Source: Nemertoderma westbladi
Taxonomy: Eukaryota; Animalia; Xenacoelomorpha
Length of the DNA: 41,064 nt
Assembly (NCBI GenBank): GCA_032718475.1
Contig: JAUCBJ010006721.1
Location: 1-41,064, forward strand
Direction: 5' to 3'
Under the pieces are notes generated by a model that was not told the DNA's origin, did no database searches, and saw nothing but the letters and a program-made list of their open reading frames with translations. Shown here piece after piece: positions 35,160-41,064 of this stretch; position 1 is the stretch's first letter, and every line of letters begins with the position of its first letter. The translations under genes and the position numbers were made by a program.

Positions 35160-36550
35160 TTACGTTGGGGAGTCCCTAGATGTTTGTTGGATTAGGGAGG
35201 TGGTCGTGGGAAGAGTATCTTGCCTTCCATAGTTTCCGGATAGTTCTCTGTCTCTTTCCAGTAAACATAAACGACCAACTGGGCGATTGAGTTGTTGTGT
35301 TTCGAATACAATTCCAGGTTTCTTAAAGTTACGTCGCATGACGACGAGTTCTACCGATCGCACTAAACCATCATCGGATATATGAGTTTCGATGATACGA
35401 CCTGTCTGCCACCGCTTACGTGGAAGATCTGATTCCACAATAAGGACCATGTCTCCGGCGCTGACGTTTTCTTGCTGCGCAAACCACTTGGTTCGAAGTT
35501 GTAGCGTAGGCAGATAATGTTTTTCGAAATGGTCAGCGAAATGACAGGATAATAACTGCATAAGTTGCCAAGTTTGTCGGCAGTATTCGTCTCCGTCCGC
35601 GATTTCCGATTTTGGGAGCATGGCTACAGGTTTCTTCAGTAGGAAATGCGCGGGTGTTAGCGCTTCTAGGGAGTCGGGACTCGATGATACTGGCATAAGC
35701 GGTCTCTTGTTAAGATAGGCGGCGATTTCCTCCATTAACGTCCGCAAAAGTTCGTCGGTGAGATACGCGCGACAAGGCACTATAAAGTGAGATGCGGTCT
35801 TCACGCTCCTTATTAATCTCTCCCAACTTCCTCCCCACCAAGGGGCGTCGGTGGCGTTGAAGGTCAGAGCTAGATGCTGTTACCCTTAGCTGATCGTCCA
35901 CCTGTCTTTGGTTCCAATCTTTAACGTAAGCATTGATCTCATTATTGGCGCCAATGAAGTTCGTTCCCTTATCAGATCTCATCGTGTTGCTAGTTCCAAA
36001 GCGAGCAATCTGTCGGCGTAAACTCAGTAGGAAGCTGTTGGTAGATAGATCGTTCACCATATCTAGATGGATCGCTCTACAAGTAATACAGACAAAGATG
36101 ACACACCATCGCTTGACTATATATAGTCCTAGCACGATATACTTCAATAGGGCCAAATAGATCCACACCGGTATTAGTAAAGGCTGGTTCATAGAAGCTT
36201 ACTCGTTCCCTAGGTAATTCTGCCTCTCGCTGTGTTAAAGGCCTACTGAATGCTTTCCTACAGGGTATACAGATCCTAAGAACTTGGTTCAGAGCTCTAC
36301 GGGGTTTATGGAAATAATAGCGAGTTCGAATTTCGCTAAGAACTCGTTCTCTACCAGCATGGTAAAGCCTACTGTGAACATCTACAATCATCTTGATTTG
36401 TATTTCAAGATTTCTAATGAGTATGGGAAACTTAGTGTCAAAGGATAATGGAGCATTAGTTAATCTCCCTCCAACACGTATTAACGTATTTTGGTCCCAA
36501 GTATTAATGGATGGGCGCGTATAGTACGGCTGCACACATCGGCTAGCCAA
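35160..36550 (-). pseudogene. BEL/Pao integrase (HHCC zinc finger, DDE core, C-terminal domain) split by frameshifts
   Basis: LIRVGGRL; HSRLYHAG...CIPCRK; TGVDLFGP; VCITCRAIHLD; SDKGTNFIGA; LNKRPL...LTPAHFL; YLPTLQLRTKW; W..GRI.E.H...DGLVRSV. Confidence 0.93.
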
Positions 36551-37311
36551 CTGGCAAGTGCGGTGTTTTCAAAGATCGTGTATATAGCTAAGGAGGGACG
36601 GAGTGGAACACTCATGAAGCTATACACGGCGCCAGGTGCGGTCAATGGTCCATCAAAGTATAATCGAGAATAATGGTCTCCGTATACTTGTTGATAGTTA
36701 ATGGGATTTCCGACTTTGAAATTCCATCCGTATTCCTGAAAGGCAAGATGTCCGATGGAAGTTCGTTGCATCTTTGTAATGTTGCTAGACGTGTTAGCAT
36801 ACATGGTGCGGAAGAAACCTCGACCTTCTGCCCAGCGAGCAATCAGCTGAGTATCAACGAAAGGGTATGGAATGTTCTCCATATTCCGAAAGTCGTTTTG
36901 GAGATCTCCATAAACAGCTGAGCCGATTTTAAGGATTCTTTCGTTGAACAACATCTCGAGTACGGGCTGGGGTAACATCGATCCATCGATGCCCATGGCC
37001 GGTTTGCGTTCGGTGTCAATGACGTAACGCTGCGCGAGTTCGAATTGTCCATGTCGGAGATTCTTTTGTGTTTCGGTGAGAGTTTCAAAAGAATAATCAA
37101 TCACGTCGGAACACGCTCGAGTAAACACGTGGGTAGAACCAGCTAATCCGCGTATGTGGATCATGCGCGTAGTTCCTAGTTCTCCGACCGGAACGCTACC
37201 TTCATTATCGTAGGTGACAACTCCATACATCTCAATAACATTAAGAGTATCATTCCGCTCCTTGGTGGCGTTCTCTAGGGTCATCCCTACTGGATGCCAC
37301 AAGTGGCGCAT
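36481..37311 (-). CDS. DEDDy-type 3'-5' exonuclease-like domain (WRN/EXD2-like)
   Basis: VVTYDNEG (ExoI DxE); LPQPVLEMLFNERILKIGSAVYGD (ExoII); FVDTQLIA; TSIGHLAFQEYG; GPLTAPGAVYSFMS (ExoIII-like, but the last Asp is absent). Confidence 0.6.
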   Translation of the reverse strand: MRHLWHPVGMTLENATKERNDTLNVIEMYGVVTYDNEGSVPVGELGTTRMIHIRGLAGSTHVFTRACSDVIDYSFETLTETQKNLRHGQFELAQRYVIDTERKPAMGIDGSMLPQPVLEMLFNERILKIGSAVYGDLQNDFRNMENIPYPFVDTQLIARWAEGRGFFRTMYANTSSNITKMQRTSIGHLAFQEYGWNFKVGNPINYQQVYGDHYSRLYFDGPLTAPGAVYSFMSVPLRPSLAIYTIFENTALASWLADVCSRTIRAHPLILGTKIR

Positions 37312-38765
37312 TGGTTAGCGTCAGGGAGATCACTATACTTCATGTGCCGAGTGATATACGTCTCCACATTTCCATATCTTTGTATTTTCTCTTCTTCAAA
37401 TAATACATCTAGATTCCAATGGACTAATCGAGTTTTAATAAATCCATCGAGATTATAAGGAGGTTCTATATCTTTCTCGATTCGAGAAATGTTATATGGT
37501 TTTCTAAATGAGTTTACCTTTACTAACTGATCCAGATGTTTCTGCAATTGTTCGAGTTCGACAATGTCTAGAGGATTTATTAGTGGTAGAAACTTTAAAT
37601 TATGTGTCGGGTCTTCTGGTTTTACCATATAATATTGAGTCAGATTAACGTAATAAGGGTGGTCTTTAATCCCATAAAACGAGTTCTGTAAAGGTCTAGT
37701 GCGTATGTTGACATCGTGTACCATACGACGGACAAGATCCGCTCGATTGTCCGGAGGTTCAACGAGTATACCGTCAACACGAGCGGCCTCGATCGGCGGA
37801 CGCTGTAACATAGGGGCATCAGCGATAAGATTTTGCGATCCTGTACTGATATCAACCGGTTGAGGTTGTATCGTCGCGAAGAGCTTGTCCCCGAAATGTG
37901 GAATCATCGAGGGATGACGAACGGTTTTAGAGTAGAGGTCCGTGATGAGGATTTGAGCTTCCAGTTGGGCTAAAGCGGCTTCTTCTCTCTCTTCCAGTTT
38001 CGTGTGTTTCTCTTCGAGTAGATTTTCTTCCGCTTGTCTCTGTAAGCGTTCATCTAAAAATTCTTGGAGAGAATACGTGCGTCCAAGCTCGATGTCTTCC
38101 TCGAGGTTTTGGATTTCTCTATCGAACTGTGGCAAGGCTAACTCCTTCACCGATTGGACTTGTTGTTGTAATTTACGTTTCTCTAAATAATCTTGTGTTC
38201 CCTTTCCGATCTTCTGTCGAATAGCGTCTAAAGCGTTTCTTATAACGCTCTCCTCGACTTCCGTGGCGGGTTGCATCGGGTTTAATCCTGGACGATTGTA
38301 AGGATCAAAGGGCGATATTAGCTGCCCGCGTCCCAATCCGGCTAAGTAGGATGGGCGGATGTCTAACGAACGCACTACCGGAGCACCACCGATTAATTGT
38401 TCGGGTAACACTAAGTCTTTGAACATGGAATATAGTTTGGGAGGATCAGTGATACTGTTAGGATCAAGAGTTTGAGGTCTCACTAGGGAATGAGGAGGCC
38501 TGACCGAGTATTCCGGAACTCTGATCATGGGTTTATTCAGTGATCGTTTAAGACGAGCGATCGTAGGTGGTACGTCGAACAGGTTTCGCTCAAAACTCCC
38601 GTCGGTGTAACGCGTAAAGCTGTGTTTAGCGCAACGTCTCCGCGGATGTTTATGTCTTTCAGTTTGTTGGTTGGGTCTAGGGCATTCGTCACAATAATAC
38701 CAAAGACGTACGTCCTGCAGAGGAAACGCGGGTGATCGTTCTCCAGTTTTGCAATATTCTTCCAT
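37287..38765 (-). CDS. Element ORF2 (gag-position protein with a coiled-coil-like segment)
   Basis: 492-aa ORF with an N-terminal Cys/His cluster and an E/Q/L-rich middle. A decayed homolog lies at ~26000-26725. Confidence 0.6.
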   Translation of the reverse strand: MEEYCKTGERSPAFPLQDVRLWYYCDECPRPNQQTERHKHPRRRCAKHSFTRYTDGSFERNLFDVPPTIARLKRSLNKPMIRVPEYSVRPPHSLVRPQTLDPNSITDPPKLYSMFKDLVLPEQLIGGAPVVRSLDIRPSYLAGLGRGQLISPFDPYNRPGLNPMQPATEVEESVIRNALDAIRQKIGKGTQDYLEKRKLQQQVQSVKELALPQFDREIQNLEEDIELGRTYSLQEFLDERLQRQAEENLLEEKHTKLEEREEAALAQLEAQILITDLYSKTVRHPSMIPHFGDKLFATIQPQPVDISTGSQNLIADAPMLQRPPIEAARVDGILVEPPDNRADLVRRMVHDVNIRTRPLQNSFYGIKDHPYYVNLTQYYMVKPEDPTHNLKFLPLINPLDIVELEQLQKHLDQLVKVNSFRKPYNISRIEKDIEPPYNLDGFIKTRLVHWNLDVLFEEEKIQRYGNVETYITRHMKYSDLPDANQCATCGIQ

Positions 38766-38775
38766 TTGTTCAAAA

Positions 38776-39351
38776 CTATCCGGGATAACAGGTAGTGGCG
38801 GTAAGATACATCATCGTGAAATAGAGCCATTTGAGTTCTACCACAGGGTCCTGATGTATACCTTGAGGATATCGAGTCTCTAGGTTCTGCTGACTGGCGA
38901 TGTTGAGATAGGTTTCTCTCAAAAATTCCAGGTATTCGTTGAAGTCGATGCGTTTATCCGGTTCTTCAACGTTTTCTCTTTCCAGTCTACTACGAATAGA
39001 ATTTTCGTGATCTATTCTCGGTTTATCATTACGACTCCGCTGGGTATGATATTTAAATAGAACCATTTCCCTCTCTGTATCTACATCGTCCGTATCATGC
39101 AAATCGATAGGATGGCCGGTAGTTAAGAAGTCCATATACGTACCATTACGATTCGTATAGCGAGTGGTGAATTTTCGATAGTCCAATTCACGCGCAAGTT
39201 GCTCTTGAGACATCGGCGGTTCGATATAACGACCATCGTCCTCCGTAATGGTTGGATTGGCTTCACCGCGTATTAAGCTATCCACAAATGCTTGTAAAGG
39301 TAGGGTATATCGCTCCCTAATACCAAGATCATCTTCTATCAACTCCGTCAT
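38776..39351 (-). CDS. Element ORF1, possibly once continuous with ORF2
   Basis: 191 aa; conserved at protein level with 25527-25859. Confidence 0.6.
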   Translation of the reverse strand: MTELIEDDLGIRERYTLPLQAFVDSLIRGEANPTITEDDGRYIEPPMSQEQLARELDYRKFTTRYTNRNGTYMDFLTTGHPIDLHDTDDVDTEREMVLFKYHTQRSRNDKPRIDHENSIRSRLERENVEEPDKRIDFNEYLEFLRETYLNIASQQNLETRYPQGIHQDPVVELKWLYFTMMYLTATTCYPG

Positions 39352-40560
39352 ATCTGCTATCTGAGTTTATTAATATCAAATAAGTTTATATTTAGGCGAG
39401 CGGGCGTCGCTGCCTACTACTCTTTGCCCCCGGACAGTGGGATTCTCAGCGCCGATGTACCGTCGTCGCGGTGTTTACGCCAACATGTAGCAACAGCACG
39501 ACAACGATAACCGGCATAAGTCACTCCACTGTCCGTCCCAAAGGCTTGGATCCACTTAGGTTCTTTCTATAGGAGAGTTGGGCTATTTTTACAATTGCGA
39601 CTAGCTACTGTAAACATACTTTAGCAGTAACATTCACCTATAAACGCACAAATTCCACACAACTGTCACCAACTGCACACATACAGGCCATTTGTCCGTT
39701 AGTCAGTGCCTTCCAGAATGTCACGTTATTACTGTGTATCCTTGGATACTAACAGTATGCTATATATTCTCTATGCTATGCAATGGGACAAGCTTTCTAT
39801 TGTTCTTTTAACTTGCTTCTAATTCGAGCGTGGGTGTTGCTATGGTGACATTATGGAATGCTAGCGGTAGAATTAGGGTAATTCTCATGCATACAGATCT
39901 GGGATGCTATTTAATAATAATTCTTTAATTGTCAATATCCTCTTTATGCATGATTTTATTAATTTTATCGGCTATTGACTATATGTTGGAGATTCTCGCA
40001 CTCTAATACACTCAATAGGATGAATCTCCGCTCCCGTGATCTATTAATTAATGGAATTTTGGGAATGTTATAAATTGCACAAAATGACAATTTATGAAAT
40101 TCATTTAAATATGAATTTAAATTTATTCCCGTGAATTTTATTATTTGATGTTAAAATTGACACAATTTGATTCCAGAGCAGGTCTGGGGACATAGGATCC
40201 TTAATTCTATGAAATTTGTCTTTTAAGAGTATCTGTAAGTGCTACGATATCTTAATCGACTAGAATTGTTAACGAATCTGAATTTTACAGATTTTTATAA
40301 ATATTAAATTAATATTTAAGATGGGCACCGATTTATTCCAGAACTTGTCTGGGGACGTTAACCACTGATTCTAGAATTTGTCTTTCAAGTATATCGGTGG
40401 GTGCCGCGATATCTTAATCGACTAGAATTACAGATGGTCAAAAGGTTTAACAGATTTAATTGCGTTTTACGCTACTGTTATATGGACATCACGCTACTAT
40501 ATGTATTATTTAATGTAAGGTAGAAGAGCAATATCGCACGAAGCAATGTCAGTGTGAAGA

Positions 40561-40962
40561 GGCAAGTCGTTTCCAAGGTCTACCCAGAGCTTGGTTTAGC
40601 TGAGACACAAGGATCTGAACTTTGCATTCCTAATACTCTGCCTACTAATATTACTTGAATATAGTAGTGGCTTTATTGTACTTTAAGAAGTACGGACATT
40701 TCATCTTACTGTAGTCACGTATTTATAATATGATACGGACAGTAAGGAAAGAGAAAAATAATTATTTTCTCGCCGTCGCACTAAATATATATTATAAGTA
40801 ATTACGTATGTAATAAACACTAATATATTGCACTAATCTACTAAATAATCACTAAAATAACATTCTACTAAATAAAATTGAATAAAAACGATTATAATAA
40901 AGTACATAATAAAGTTCGCATATAAAAATATAATAAAATAGATAAAACAATATAGTCATACA
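40561..40962 (-). repeat. Putative upstream (shared) LTR
   Basis: Similar to 34738-35143, and also preceded by a PPT and an integrase tail. Confidence 0.7.
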
Positions 40963-41064
40963 CCCACTCCAGACGTATCACGTTGGGGAGTCCCTAGATG
41001 TTTGAGGAATTAGGGAGGTGGTCGTGGGAAGAGTGTCTTGCCTTCCATAGTTTCCAGAGAGTTC

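Larger units (their letters stand above)
34738..41064 (-). mobile_element. BEL/Pao-related LTR element without protease, RT or RNase H
   Basis: Direct repeats 34738-35246 and 40561-41064; BEL-type integrase; PPT-like ggagtggg followed by TG. Confidence 0.85.

Overview
AT-rich, repeat-saturated window that looks like an invertebrate (eukaryotic) genome; no ordinary host gene is recognisable. In order: (1) a GC-rich insertion (108-1771) built from modular RNA-like hairpins, including six kink-turn hairpins, five of them cUUCGg-capped; (2) a ~13 kb composite array (2455-15690) of ~52 copies of a 107-bp core alternating with three spacer types in a fixed order, interleaved with three copies of an intronless H-box/NC (LRAT/PPPDE-like, permuted papain-fold) gene; (3) a 5'-truncated piggyBac; (4) a duplicated ~1.4 kb block carrying an integrase relic and a mini-Helitron; (5) a 65-bp C-rich minisatellite; (6) two oppositely oriented copies of a BEL/Pao-related element, one carrying a DEDD 3'-5' exonuclease-like ORF where protease/RT/RNase H should be; (7) nested foldback MITEs; (8) an orphan 317-aa ORF; (9) a frameshifted giant-virus VLTF3-like gene. 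All family calls come from recognising motifs by eye. No searches or folding programs were run.
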